Shown one piece after another: positions 39,970 to 50,794 of a stretch of 64,000 nucleotides of DNA. The translations under genes were made by a program, and so were the position numbers. Under the pieces are notes generated by a model. That model did not search any database and had not been told where the DNA came from. It saw only the letters and a program-made list of their open reading frames with translations. Source of the DNA: Promethearchaeota archaeon (GTDB lineage: Archaea; Asgardarchaeota; Lokiarchaeia; Sigyniarchaeales; SOKP01); assembly GCA_019058245.1 (NCBI GenBank), contig JAHPZJ010000008.1:1-64000 (forward strand), in the 5' to 3' direction. Position 1 is the first letter of the stretch; each line of letters begins with the position of its first letter.

Positions 39970-41394
39970 TTATTTAGAATGAGTGATAAGATATTCTCTA
40001 AATGTACACATCTTATCTAAAGCCTTAGCTAATAAATCCACTGACTCGAATACTGGAATGTTTAATTTAAATAGCTCTCTTTTGAAAAGTATTTTATCAG
40101 CAAAATCGCTCGTATCATCTATAACTTTATATGCTAAACAAATTAGTGGTTTTTTCATCTTCTTATAAGCTCGCTTAATAGTTTCAAGATACTCATGACC
40201 ATATCTATGGGTTTTAATGAAAATTACTCCAGAGATATTAGGATCAGAATCCAAGGTTATTAGAGTTCTATAGAATATTTCTGAGTTATTCATACTTCCA
40301 CCTAGATCCAGAGGATTTCGAAAAATTGTATTCACATCAGGAACAAATTCTCTAAATTCCTCAACCGTTTGGGGTGATAATTTAGGCACTCTTAAATTAT
40401 TTCTTTCAAAAATATCAGTAGTTTCAATTGAAGCACCACCTCCTCCCGTAGTAATTGCCACATTTCTATCCAGAGGTTTGTTGCTGATATGTTGAAATAA
40501 CATTGCTAAATTAATTAATTCAGTTGAATTATTTACAATTAAGGCACCAGTTTGTTTAGCCACAGCATCCCATATTTTTAAAGATCCTGCTAAACCCCCA
40601 GTATGGGACATGATTGTTTCTCTTGTAGCCTCTCCACTACCTACTTTCCAAAGGATAACAGGCTTTCCCTTCAATGTTAATTCCTTAACAACTTTCATAA
40701 ATTTTCTACCAATGTCTATACTTTTAATATTTTCAACGTAGAGCCCAACAATTTTTGTCTCCATATCATGTAAAAAATATTGCAAGAAATCTACGAAATT
40801 TAAATCGATTTGATTTCCAATTGATACAACTTTGCTAGGATATGTACCATAGACTGATTGCGCTTTTGCTGAAATATGAATTGCTAAACCTCCAGATTGA
40901 AAAATACCTGCAAAATTACCAGATTGATTAGTTAAAAGTGTACGTGAAAATGAAACATGATTTTTAGGGATAAAAGTCCCTAGACAATTTGGTCCAATTA
41001 TTCGAATTTTATATTTTCTTGCAATTTCAAGAACCTCTACCTCTAAATGACGATTTCCTACCTCTGAAAATCCTGATGCAAAAATAGTAACAAATGGGAC
41101 ACTTTTCTTTCCACATTCTTCTAAGACCAGCGGACAGATTCTTGCAGGAACCGCAAGTATGACATAATCAAGAGATTCTTCTTCGGGAACCTCCAAAATA
41201 GAACCATAAACAGGAATATCCATAATAATGCGCCCTTTTAAGTTTGGATTTACCAGATAAATAGGCTTCTCATAACCAATATTTAAAAGAGCTTCAATAA
41301 AAAAAGTCCCTGCGGATTTTTCATTGGCACCTATTATAGTTATACAGCTAGGATTGAACAATCTTTCGAAATCAGTCATCACAAAACATATCAA
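39970..41394 (-). CDS. Acyl-CoA synthetase (ADP-forming) alpha-subunit family
   Basis: CoA-binding N-terminus, IIGPNCLG, QSGG, SIGNQID, SHTGGLAG phospho-His, NPLDL. Confidence 0.9.
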   Translation of the reverse strand: MICFVMTDFERLFNPSCITIIGANEKSAGTFFIEALLNIGYEKPIYLVNPNLKGRIIMDIPVYGSILEVPEEESLDYVILAVPARICPLVLEECGKKSVPFVTIFASGFSEVGNRHLEVEVLEIARKYKIRIIGPNCLGTFIPKNHVSFSRTLLTNQSGNFAGIFQSGGLAIHISAKAQSVYGTYPSKVVSIGNQIDLNFVDFLQYFLHDMETKIVGLYVENIKSIDIGRKFMKVVKELTLKGKPVILWKVGSGEATRETIMSHTGGLAGSLKIWDAVAKQTGALIVNNSTELINLAMLFQHISNKPLDRNVAITTGGGGASIETTDIFERNNLRVPKLSPQTVEEFREFVPDVNTIFRNPLDLGGSMNNSEIFYRTLITLDSDPNISGVIFIKTHRYGHEYLETIKRAYKKMKKPLICLAYKVIDDTSDFADKILFKRELFKLNIPVFESVDLLAKALDKMCTFREYLITHSK

Positions 41395-41668
41395 TTTTGA
41401 TTTAGAATTACTAAAATCAAAAAAATGAATAAAGTTAAAACTTTGCTTATTTTTTTTTGTTATATCAATCCTAACAACAAAAATTTATTTTTTTATCAGA
41501 AAAATCAAAGTGAACTACACCAAACCTAAAAATCGTGATATACTACAAGTATGCAACTATTCCTAATACGGGTTAGTCTTTATGTCTTAAATAACCTACG
41601 AAATATTCTCTTTAAATCAAAATTAAATTAAAGTTAAATAAATAATTTTATTTGGTGGATTAAGATTA

Positions 41669-41989
41669 TTAGGGCATCCTTTTTCCTATCACAGTCATAG
41701 CTTCTTCTACAGTTGCCCAAACTTCAATTGAATATTCAAATCCTTCAATACTTTGGAACATCGCCATTTGAGTGCGAGCACGAGTTAGAGCTTCTTCCAG
41801 TTTTCCTTCCTTAACCTTACTGATACCAAGGGTTTTTATCCCTTCAGAACCTGTTTTTACTGCAGCAGGGACAATCTCTTCAACCAAAGATTCATCTACA
41901 GGAAATTTATTTAACATTTCAAGATAAACTTTAACAACTTCTTCGGTCTTATGGCTAGGATACCAAGTATATACAAAAATATATGTCAT
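41669..41989 (-). CDS. Hypothetical protein
   Basis: 106-aa ATG ORF with GAGGT SD. Confidence 0.75.
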   Translation of the reverse strand: MTYIFVYTWYPSHKTEEVVKVYLEMLNKFPVDESLVEEIVPAAVKTGSEGIKTLGISKVKEGKLEEALTRARTQMAMFQSIEGFEYSIEVWATVEEAMTVIGKRMP

Positions 41990-42139
41990 AATTTACCTCT
42001 TTTAAATTTTATTTTAAATAATTTGAATTCGATGTGATTAATACTATGATTTTTTATTATAAAAATCCTTACATTTTTGTATAGAAAATGGTCTTATGAA
42101 TATGAAAAAAGAATGGACGGTTTTAATAAATCATAGGTT

Positions 42140-42610
42140 TTAATCATATCCAATTTTTAATTGTTTTAAGAGTTCTATCAAAGATTTTGTTAAGTTGTAA
42201 TTTTTCAATTCCTCAAATGGGACAAATTTTGCATCTAAGGCATCATCTGCAGCTCTAGGTGGTTGATTAAGATCCCCTTCGATTTGTTCGATAAAGTAAT
42301 TAAGTAATACATAATGATATTCGATTTTTCCATTCTTATCATACATAATCTTATCAATAATTCCTGCTAATTTGGTCACTTTCACTTTAAAACCTGTTTC
42401 CTCATATGCTTCTCTCTCCGCTGCCTTTTTGACTTCTTCTCCTAGATCTAAATGCCCTCCAGGAATACTCCAATATCCTGCATCTGGATCGTATTTTCTT
42501 TTTACTAATAATAAATGGTTATTTCGAATTAAGAGTACTCCTACTCCAACGTGGGGCCTAATAGGATATTTCCTTGTATCAAAAGCAGTTAAATCTTCTC
42601 TATTTACCAT
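42140..42610 (-). CDS. NUDIX hydrolase
   Basis: PGGHLDLGEEVKKAAEREAYEETG Nudix box. Confidence 0.95.
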   Translation of the reverse strand: MVNREDLTAFDTRKYPIRPHVGVGVLLIRNNHLLLVKRKYDPDAGYWSIPGGHLDLGEEVKKAAEREAYEETGFKVKVTKLAGIIDKIMYDKNGKIEYHYVLLNYFIEQIEGDLNQPPRAADDALDAKFVPFEELKNYNLTKSLIELLKQLKIGYD

Positions 42611-42688
42611 AATTCTATATTTAATAATCTTTAATAGGTATTAATACGATAGAAAGAATATAAGGATTCATTAATATTTATTTCTCAT

Positions 42689-43174
42689 ATGGTTCGTCCA
42701 TGGTATTGGCCAAAAAATGGTATGCCCGATAGAGCGGTTCCTTTTTCATGGATAGTTAAAAATAAGATGGCAGCTTCATGGTGGCCAGATAAGGAAGTAA
42801 TTGAGAGATACAAAAAAGAAGGAATTAAGGCTGTTGTGAATTGCTCTGAGTTTAACAATGAGAAAGAAATCTCTCCTTATTTTAAATATTTTCATATTAA
42901 TATCCCCGACTATGGAACTCCCACAGAGACTCAAATAAAAAAATTCCTAGAAATTACCAGCAAATTTGGAGCTAATAGGGATCCGATTGTTGTTCACTGT
43001 GTAGCAGGTTGCGGAAGAACGGGGATAATGATTGTAGTGTGGGCTGCGTATAATGGCTATATTCCAAATGGAGTGGATCCAGTAAAATGGATTCGAAACC
43101 TTAGACCTTGTTCTTTAGAAACAAAGGAACAAATGGATTTAGCACGAAAAATGGCTAAAAAGTATCAAAAATAA
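42689..43174 (+). CDS. Dual-specificity protein phosphatase
   Basis: VHCVAGCGRTG (HCx5R), IPDYGTP acid loop, IRNLRP. Confidence 0.93.
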   Translation: MVRPWYWPKNGMPDRAVPFSWIVKNKMAASWWPDKEVIERYKKEGIKAVVNCSEFNNEKEISPYFKYFHINIPDYGTPTETQIKKFLEITSKFGANRDPIVVHCVAGCGRTGIMIVVWAAYNGYIPNGVDPVKWIRNLRPCSLETKEQMDLARKMAKKYQK

Positions 43175-43261
43175 CTTTAATGTAAAGTATTTAAGAGTGG
43201 AATATATTTTATTATTAGGTATATAATTTTTTGATTGTAAAATTTGTTTTAAGGCGGGATA

Positions 43262-44428
43262 TTGATGCAAAAATCTGACTATATATACATGATTACGGAT
43301 AATATAATGGTTTATCAGATTAATCTGCCAACAGAACTACAGGGAAATAATCTAAATGAGCATTTAAATAGATATAATGATGAATATCTTAAAATTATTG
43401 CAGGATTTAATAAAAATTTCTTAGAACATTTTTTAATTATATCAAAAGGACGAAATCCGCAAGATTTTATAGAGATTCTTAAAAAAATGGAAAAAGTTTC
43501 TTTCATGATTGGTCCTACTGGAAATTTAAGTTATCTTACATCTAATCAAATCCAATATATTCTTACTCAGTTAGGATCTTTAAATTTAAGAGAGATAGAA
43601 GAAATTAAAATAAGTAAAATTGCAGATGAACAGATAGAAAAAGAATTTGGATCATCACATGATGGTTCATCGGCATTAGAACGCCAATTATCTAGCGCAG
43701 CATTTTATTTACAATCTATTGGATATTCAAATCAAGATATACAAGAACTATTTAATGAAGTGAGACAGGATCCTTTGAAGATAGATGCTTTATTCAACTT
43801 ACAACCTAAAGAAATTTACAGTATGCCAGAAGAAATACACCCAAGAAGTAATCCGCCATCGAGATCTCAACCAACTTCAACTACTCAATCTACGTCTATT
43901 GAAAACAGTCAAGAAACTCAAAATGCGATTGATCAACACGTTCAAGCAGTTCAACATGAAATTTCCGGAGAAAGAGCTAAAAAAGTTGAAGAAATAATGC
44001 AATCAATAAAGGATCATGTTAAAGAGCATATGAATGAGCGTTATGAGAGAGTATTTAGACAGATTCATCCTGATCGGTTAAATCGAGCTTTCAAAATGCT
44101 GAAAGAGACAAAAAGGAAATCAAAAAGGATGAGTCTTTATTTAGAATGGTTTTTTTGCTCTCATCTTTTAGCCAATATTGAAGTAAAGGTTGAACATTGG
44201 CAAACTAGTAGTGCCGCGGGTCATGGACAAACAGGAGTATATACTGCGGGAATAAGTTTTTCTCGATATGACAATATTATAAGGGATTTTCCAGATGATA
44301 AATTAACAAAAGTAATAAACATATCAAGAAAGATACTTCAAAATCCGACTAAAAAAGCAATTCAAAAGTTAGCTACAGACTTAGTAGCTGAAACTGGATT
44401 CGATGAGCATCTTTATTTTACAGATTGA
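43262..44428 (+). CDS. Hypothetical protein, two domains with S/T/Q/P-rich linker
   Basis: 388-aa ORF; no recognised family; start may be a later Met. Confidence 0.75.
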   Translation: MMQKSDYIYMITDNIMVYQINLPTELQGNNLNEHLNRYNDEYLKIIAGFNKNFLEHFLIISKGRNPQDFIEILKKMEKVSFMIGPTGNLSYLTSNQIQYILTQLGSLNLREIEEIKISKIADEQIEKEFGSSHDGSSALERQLSSAAFYLQSIGYSNQDIQELFNEVRQDPLKIDALFNLQPKEIYSMPEEIHPRSNPPSRSQPTSTTQSTSIENSQETQNAIDQHVQAVQHEISGERAKKVEEIMQSIKDHVKEHMNERYERVFRQIHPDRLNRAFKMLKETKRKSKRMSLYLEWFFCSHLLANIEVKVEHWQTSSAAGHGQTGVYTAGISFSRYDNIIRDFPDDKLTKVINISRKILQNPTKKAIQKLATDLVAETGFDEHLYFTD

Positions 44429-44582
44429 TTAGGTCACTAATCTTGAATAGATAGATTAAATAAAGACAAACTTTAAATATTAATCTTACAAAATTGTAAT
44501 TAATTTATTTAATCCAACTATAAACCCCAAAAATTAAATATATTTCATAACCAAGTTTAAGAATTTTAAAGGTGAAATAAAA

Positions 44583-45869
44583 ATGGATTTACAGTTTCTT
44601 GCTATATCCGACACTCATGTGGGTGAAGATACCTCTTTGCTTTCATTTCCTCGCGGACGCCAGCATTTATGGCGTACTTTACTAGAAAAATTTGGCAATG
44701 GACAAAAATTTAATATTAAAGAACTTATTTTAGTGGGAGATATCCCTGATACAGCACTATCATCAATATCTCAAGCTATCACTCAAACAAATGCTTTTAT
44801 TCAAACTATGGGAAGTGCTGCTGACATTGATAAAGTTATATATATCCCTGGAAACCATGATCATACGTTATGGACAGATTACATAAGATTACGATCTAAT
44901 AACCCTAAGCTGAAATATCGCATAACTCCTCCACAAGGTGAATTTATTGTTGAAAAAAATAAAAAATGCGATGATCCCGGTAGTGAATATCTTCTAACTC
45001 TATTTTTTGGTTATCCCTTTGGCCCAGCCTGGACAAAAATTCAAGATCAGAATACAAATAGAAAATTCGATTTTATTATCGCTAACCCATTATATGCCAA
45101 AGAGTATAATAATCGTACCTATATCTTCACTCATGGAACGCATTTTAAAAGTGTAGTCACTGCTCCTGTAATTATAAAAAAAATTATTGATTATTCACAA
45201 TTAGATAAATTGCTTGCGAATCTCAATATTGAGTCAGATTGTGATGTAAGTAAAGCTACAAGCTTAGAAAATCTTGAAGAAATTGTGGCCCCTTTTGTGG
45301 ATTCCCTTTGGATCAGTTCAAAAAATAATCCTAACTCCAGATCAGATAAATTGTGGTATCTTTTTTCTGTTTTAAGTAAAAGATTTGAAAAAATCAGAAA
45401 GGTTCCACTTCAAAGTGATCGTTTTAATTTTTCGAATTTTCAAGATGTTAGTGAAGATAGAATCATAAAATTCAATGGAAATAACTCAATAAAACTACTA
45501 AAAATTTACTTTCTTAATCATTTATTCTCTTTCCTTAAAGATTATAGACTACTAAAAGAAAATCTAACATTTGTATATGGAGATACACACGATGGGGGTT
45601 GGGGAGAAATTGAAGAAGAATATATTGATCCACCAAAGATTAATGTACGGATTTTTAATTGCGGAGCTTGGGTTGTTCATGATGAGAAAAATCATCCTCC
45701 TTGTCATGTTTTTGCTGTTGATAACCCTGGAAATGAATATCTTCTTGACGTTTCGTTCAAAGATGTGAAAATGTTAGATACATCACTACTCAAACTTGCT
45801 GCTACTGATTTTGAGAATCATAGTGAAAGTGTTAGCCGTTTATTACGTTTTGTACTGGATAGGTTTTAA
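44583..45869 (+). CDS. Calcineurin-like metallophosphoesterase
   Basis: SDTH, VGDIPD, PGNHDH, THG, YGDTH; GGTGA SD. Confidence 0.85.
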   Translation: MDLQFLAISDTHVGEDTSLLSFPRGRQHLWRTLLEKFGNGQKFNIKELILVGDIPDTALSSISQAITQTNAFIQTMGSAADIDKVIYIPGNHDHTLWTDYIRLRSNNPKLKYRITPPQGEFIVEKNKKCDDPGSEYLLTLFFGYPFGPAWTKIQDQNTNRKFDFIIANPLYAKEYNNRTYIFTHGTHFKSVVTAPVIIKKIIDYSQLDKLLANLNIESDCDVSKATSLENLEEIVAPFVDSLWISSKNNPNSRSDKLWYLFSVLSKRFEKIRKVPLQSDRFNFSNFQDVSEDRIIKFNGNNSIKLLKIYFLNHLFSFLKDYRLLKENLTFVYGDTHDGGWGEIEEEYIDPPKINVRIFNCGAWVVHDEKNHPPCHVFAVDNPGNEYLLDVSFKDVKMLDTSLLKLAATDFENHSESVSRLLRFVLDRF

Positions 45870-46018
45870 TAATTTTTAACTAAACTCTCTATCAATTTTA
45901 TTTTTATTTTTTGGAGATTACCTATAGCATCAATTTTCTCTCTTTTTATAACTCCAGCATCAACAAGAGGCTGATTATCATTGACAGTGATAATTGATCC
46001 CCCATAATAAATACTCAT
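45866..46018 (-). pseudogene. N-terminal fragment of a YtcJ-like amidohydrolase (50 aa)
   Basis: Manual translation MSIYYGGSIITVNDNQPLVDAGVIKREKIDAIG resembles the amidohydrolase N-terminal beta domain, then stops. Confidence 0.55.
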
Positions 46019-46081
46019 ATCTCATGATCTCTAATATTTTAATCAGCTTAAGAATTCTTAAAAAAGATTATAATAATATTA

Positions 46082-46663
46082 TCATTGTTTTCTCTTAAGT
46101 TTTAATTCTATCGATTTAGCTGCTGCTCTCGTAGTAAAGTTTTTTTTTAGAACTCTAGATTTTGTCTTTAAATCTTTTGCATCTACTTTTTCTACTAATA
46201 TTTGCTGTTTACTTTCCTGCAGTCCTTTTTCTAAGTCATCTATAGGAAGTAAAGCAGTTGAAATACAAAAAAAACTCTTAGATCTACCTTCATTAAATTC
46301 TTGCAACATTTCTTCAAGAAGTTCAATTCTTCGTTTCTGTTGAATTATAAAAGATTCAATTCCTTTCTCTTTAATTAACTTTAGATTTAAAAGTGAGACC
46401 TTATGAGTTATAAATGAATCAAATTTATCCCACTTATCTATCTTTGAGCAAGGAAATTCATTACATTCTGCACACGTCTCAAAATTATGCTTTTTTATAC
46501 AACATGTTATAATTGTACAAGATGGATGTCTATTAATGAAATCAGTTCCGCAACATCCAGGACATCTTGATGGTCCTCTTGTATAATATGTAGGACATAA
46601 CCCGCAATCTAAACCACAACAAGCAATTGTAGGATACTCTTTTAATGGAAATTCTTTAGTCAT
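46082..46663 (-). CDS. DUF3795 family cysteine-rich protein
   Basis: CCGLDCGLCP...CPGC...CxIxxCC...CAECNEFPC. Confidence 0.85.
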   Translation of the reverse strand: MTKEFPLKEYPTIACCGLDCGLCPTYYTRGPSRCPGCCGTDFINRHPSCTIITCCIKKHNFETCAECNEFPCSKIDKWDKFDSFITHKVSLLNLKLIKEKGIESFIIQQKRRIELLEEMLQEFNEGRSKSFFCISTALLPIDDLEKGLQESKQQILVEKVDAKDLKTKSRVLKKNFTTRAAAKSIELKLKRKQ

Positions 46664-46797
46664 AATTTAGTGTTCTAAGTATAGAATTTAATATTTATTA
46701 TTTACTTTTTAAAAAATAAAAAGATTATAAGAAAAATATTAAAGAGATGAAATAATTCTTAGGATTAATCAATAGGGAAAAATGTAATATTAAGAAA

Positions 46798-49140
46798 ATG
46801 AAAGCCTCACTTTTGAAAAAATTTAATTTAATAATTGAAGAAGCTAACGCTTTAAAAGATAAAAGCGATTTTCAAAAAGCTATTAGAAAGTTCCAAGAAG
46901 CATTAAACTTTATCAATGATAAAGTAAAAGAAGAAAGAGATAAAAATACTGAAATTGAGAATATTAATAATGCTATTAATCAAACTTATTCCATCCAAAT
47001 CGATAATATAGTTCAAGGAGGAATACGTTTCACAGCTCAAAAAAAATTTGATAAAGCTAAAGAAGAATTTCAAAATGCCTTAATGATTGTTGAAAAAATT
47101 GACGATCCAGATCTTCAAGGAGCTGAAAAAGATGAGATTAGTAAATTAATAAGTGAGAATGAAATAGAAAAACTTATGTTAAAAGGAATAGAATCAAAAA
47201 AACAGAATAAAACAGATGAAGCTGTAGAAATATTTAAAAGTGCACTGGTTATCGCTGAGGAGATTTATAAATCAGATTTCGCAAATGAAGGTTTGGCGAG
47301 AATTAGAAATGAAATTACAAGTATATATGATTCCAAAATTGATGAGATCGTTGAACAAGGCCAGAAATTTAAAAGTGAAGGTCAAAATGGGAATGCGATT
47401 AAATCCTTTCAAAATGCTCTTCAAACAATTGAAAAATATTTCGATCTGAATGTTAAGAAGGCACTGATTTCTACAATTAAAAAATCTACTAATGAAATCT
47501 ATTCTAACCAAATTAAACCAATTGTTGATAAAGCTAAAGAATTATTAAAACAAAATTTAATTGAACAAGCAATTTCAAAATTTAATGAGGCATTACCTTT
47601 AGCAGATAAAATGTATGATTCTGAGCTTAAAAATTCTGAAATCAAACTTATTGCTGAAGGATTAAATCCAATTTATATAGAGAGGATTAACCCTATAGTA
47701 GAAAAAGGAAAAGAAGTAACTTCTAAAGAAAAATTTGAAGAATCAATAAATTTAATTGATGAAGCTGTTGATCTTTTCCATCAAGCTCTTGATATTGCTC
47801 ATTCTATGGCTGCTTCAGAAAAAAAAGAATTAGAAATTGAAGAAATTAATGAATTAGTTAACAGTGCCTGTAGTTCAGGTATAAATGTAATTAAAGAAAA
47901 ATCAATTCAGTTTATTGTTCAAAAAAAATATGAGGACGCTATAAGTGATCTATATATAGCATTAAGTTTAGCAAAAAGAATGGCATATCCTGAAGAAGAA
48001 AACCCAGAACTTACAAATCTAAAAAACTTAGTTAATAAAGTATATTCTGCTGAGGTTAATGAAGTTGTAAACCACGGTAATAAATTGGTAGAACAAAAGG
48101 AATTTGAAAAAGCAATTGAAACATATAATGAAGCTTTAAATATGACGAACAAAATGTATTTAACTGATGAAATGGAAAAAGAAGTCGGTATGATTAAAAG
48201 TTTAATTTATGAAACTGAATTAAAGCAATTAGTGGGAAAGGGTGGATTAGCAGAAGAACAAAAATTGAAAGAAAAAGAAATTGAAAAACTTAAGAAACGG
48301 TTGGATTATGCTCAATCGATTGATGATCCAGAAAGAAGAGCAACAGAAATGGCTAAAATTAAATTGTTGATAGATAATGTTCATTCTGACGAGATAAAAC
48401 TGTTAATGGAGCAAGGTAATCAACTTGCAGAGATAAAGAAATATGATGATGCCTTCAAATTCTATGAAAGAGCATTGAAAATTAATGAAATGATGGAATC
48501 ACCAGATATTAAAAATAAAGATTTGATTAAAACATCTTATAAAAAAGAACTTATCAATAAGGCTAAATTAGATATTGAAGCTGAAGAATATGATAAAGCA
48601 ATAGAAACTTGCCGAAGAGCTTTAGAGCTTGATGAGATCTTTGTTGAATCCTATTATCACATTGGCCTATCATATAATTATAAAAAAGAATATGATAACG
48701 CAATAGAGAATTTTGAGAAAGCAGTTAGGTATGATAATAAACATGTTACTTCATGGAATTCTATGGGTTTGGCATATGAAGCAAAAGAGGATTATGATAA
48801 GGCTTTAGAGAATTTAGAAAAGACAGTGGAGATTAATCCTAACTTTTCTGAAGGATGGTATAATCTTGGAAATATATTTAAACTAAGAAAGGAATTTGAT
48901 AAAGCTATTACGAATTATAATAAAGCTACAGAGATAACCCCAGAATTTGCAAAAGCATGGTTCTTTAAAGGTGCTGCTTATTTTGATAAGAAGGATTATA
49001 ATAATACTATCCAAAATATTGAAAAAGCAATTAATATTGATCCAAATCTCGCTAAGGAGATTCATCCAATTATTAAAGATTTAAAATCTAATCTTGATAA
49101 ACTTTATGAAAAGCTTTCAGTGTCTTTTATTAATAGATAA
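46798..49140 (+). CDS. Long TPR/alpha-solenoid protein
   Basis: Canonical TPRs in the C-terminal quarter; longer TPR-like helical pairs N-terminally. Confidence 0.9.
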   Translation: MKASLLKKFNLIIEEANALKDKSDFQKAIRKFQEALNFINDKVKEERDKNTEIENINNAINQTYSIQIDNIVQGGIRFTAQKKFDKAKEEFQNALMIVEKIDDPDLQGAEKDEISKLISENEIEKLMLKGIESKKQNKTDEAVEIFKSALVIAEEIYKSDFANEGLARIRNEITSIYDSKIDEIVEQGQKFKSEGQNGNAIKSFQNALQTIEKYFDLNVKKALISTIKKSTNEIYSNQIKPIVDKAKELLKQNLIEQAISKFNEALPLADKMYDSELKNSEIKLIAEGLNPIYIERINPIVEKGKEVTSKEKFEESINLIDEAVDLFHQALDIAHSMAASEKKELEIEEINELVNSACSSGINVIKEKSIQFIVQKKYEDAISDLYIALSLAKRMAYPEEENPELTNLKNLVNKVYSAEVNEVVNHGNKLVEQKEFEKAIETYNEALNMTNKMYLTDEMEKEVGMIKSLIYETELKQLVGKGGLAEEQKLKEKEIEKLKKRLDYAQSIDDPERRATEMAKIKLLIDNVHSDEIKLLMEQGNQLAEIKKYDDAFKFYERALKINEMMESPDIKNKDLIKTSYKKELINKAKLDIEAEEYDKAIETCRRALELDEIFVESYYHIGLSYNYKKEYDNAIENFEKAVRYDNKHVTSWNSMGLAYEAKEDYDKALENLEKTVEINPNFSEGWYNLGNIFKLRKEFDKAITNYNKATEITPEFAKAWFFKGAAYFDKKDYNNTIQNIEKAINIDPNLAKEIHPIIKDLKSNLDKLYEKLSVSFINR

Positions 49141-49171
49141 GTATAAAAGAATTAGTAAAAAAGAAAAAAAA

Positions 49172-50788
49172 TTATTCGATTTTCTTTAATTGTCTTATTC
49201 CCATAAAAAGTAAAGGAAGAGCAATCACAATATGAATAGATATGAATAGTATAGTGGGAGTTAATTCCCAAGCAATGAAAATAGGGAACTCCTGCCCTAA
49301 CCAAATTATCAAGAATATAAAACCCATAAACACCCCAATTTGGATTATCATCAGCTTAAAAATGGAAAATCCCATGTGTTTTCCCTTCTCTTCGAATGCT
49401 GGGCTAAATCCTTGAATTCCAATTGCTTCAAGTAGAACTAGTATGCCATATGATAAATAAGCTATGAAAAAAACAACCGCTAAAAATATATCAAATTCAA
49501 ATAGGAAAGTATAGAATATTGTTATTCCTAGAGCTAATATTATATTGATTATTATCATTGCTATAATATAGGAATAAACTAAACCGTTTACATTTCTTGG
49601 ACTCTTTTTATATACCCAAAGTAAGTCTTTACTCCCCACAAAGATGAAACTTCCAAGCATCAGCCCATAGAGCATCCCACCTACGAACACTACGATTAAT
49701 ATTAAAAATCCTCCTGATAATAAATCATTAGCAACTGTTTCTCCCATAGAAAGGGAGTAAATTAGTCCATAAACGCAAGCTAATCCTCCTAAATATATTA
49801 ATTTCATGATATTTTCTTTCTTTCGGAAAAATTCTTTGAATTGGGTGATAACTAAACCTTCCCATTTTGAACCCAAAATACGTCTGTTAAACTTGTAAAA
49901 GCTATTCTCTTTTTCTATTACAGAGGTGAATTTCTCGACGCCGCTCTCAAGTGTGTAGAATTTGTTAGCTCCTTTATAGGATATATATAAAATAAGCACA
50001 GGTACTAAAATTGCAAGTACCAAACTAGCCCAAATATTCAGGATATAGGTATTCAATAATGTAGCATCGAATGTATAAAGAATTATATTTGAGAACCATA
50101 GAGCAGGATACCACATAAAATAGTTTTTTAATTCTGGATGCTCCAAAATGAACTGAAAGCCAAACTGAAGAGAATAAATGAGAGCAACCATGCCAATTGA
50201 TAAGAGAAATAAAAGGGCTTTAGCAATGTCTCTTGCTTTCGCGCTCTGAGTTATTTTATGTTCTATCCAACTCATTAGTATTGTACCAATTAATGTTGCC
50301 ATAAATACAAGACCAAATACACAACAATAAATAACAAAAGTTTGGATGAATGTCAGATTAAATATTGGATTCAACATATTTACAAAAACAGGAGTAAGAG
50401 CAAAGACATAGGAAAAGAGTATTGGAATTTTTCCAAAAAATTCTCCTAAAAAGATATCTCCAGCTGTTACTGGGGATGCTAACAAAATTTCTTTAAAACC
50501 TATCTCAGTCTGACGATAAATATTATTTAATGGGTAGATAAGTATTGCTATAAAAAATATCATCATCAAAAATTCTATAATCATTGCTATAGATGGGATA
50601 ATAAACTCAGAAAGATTCTCCATCCCTGCTATGGTCGGCATAAATAGGTCGAAAATCATAGGACATAGAAAGAACGCCCAGAAGATAAGAATAGAATATA
50701 AAACTATGAAAAATGTTAAACGATTTTTACGAAATTTAGAGGTTCTAACCATTACTTCATTTTTAGCAATTTTCAGCCATAGTGCCAT
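49172..50788 (-). CDS. ABC transporter permease
   Basis: About 12 TM segments; directly follows the ABC ATPase. Confidence 0.82.
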   Translation of the reverse strand: MALWLKIAKNEVMVRTSKFRKNRLTFFIVLYSILIFWAFFLCPMIFDLFMPTIAGMENLSEFIIPSIAMIIEFLMMIFFIAILIYPLNNIYRQTEIGFKEILLASPVTAGDIFLGEFFGKIPILFSYVFALTPVFVNMLNPIFNLTFIQTFVIYCCVFGLVFMATLIGTILMSWIEHKITQSAKARDIAKALLFLLSIGMVALIYSLQFGFQFILEHPELKNYFMWYPALWFSNIILYTFDATLLNTYILNIWASLVLAILVPVLILYISYKGANKFYTLESGVEKFTSVIEKENSFYKFNRRILGSKWEGLVITQFKEFFRKKENIMKLIYLGGLACVYGLIYSLSMGETVANDLLSGGFLILIVVFVGGMLYGLMLGSFIFVGSKDLLWVYKKSPRNVNGLVYSYIIAMIIINIILALGITIFYTFLFEFDIFLAVVFFIAYLSYGILVLLEAIGIQGFSPAFEEKGKHMGFSIFKLMIIQIGVFMGFIFLIIWLGQEFPIFIAWELTPTILFISIHIVIALPLLFMGIRQLKKIE

Positions 50789-50794
50789 ATCATA

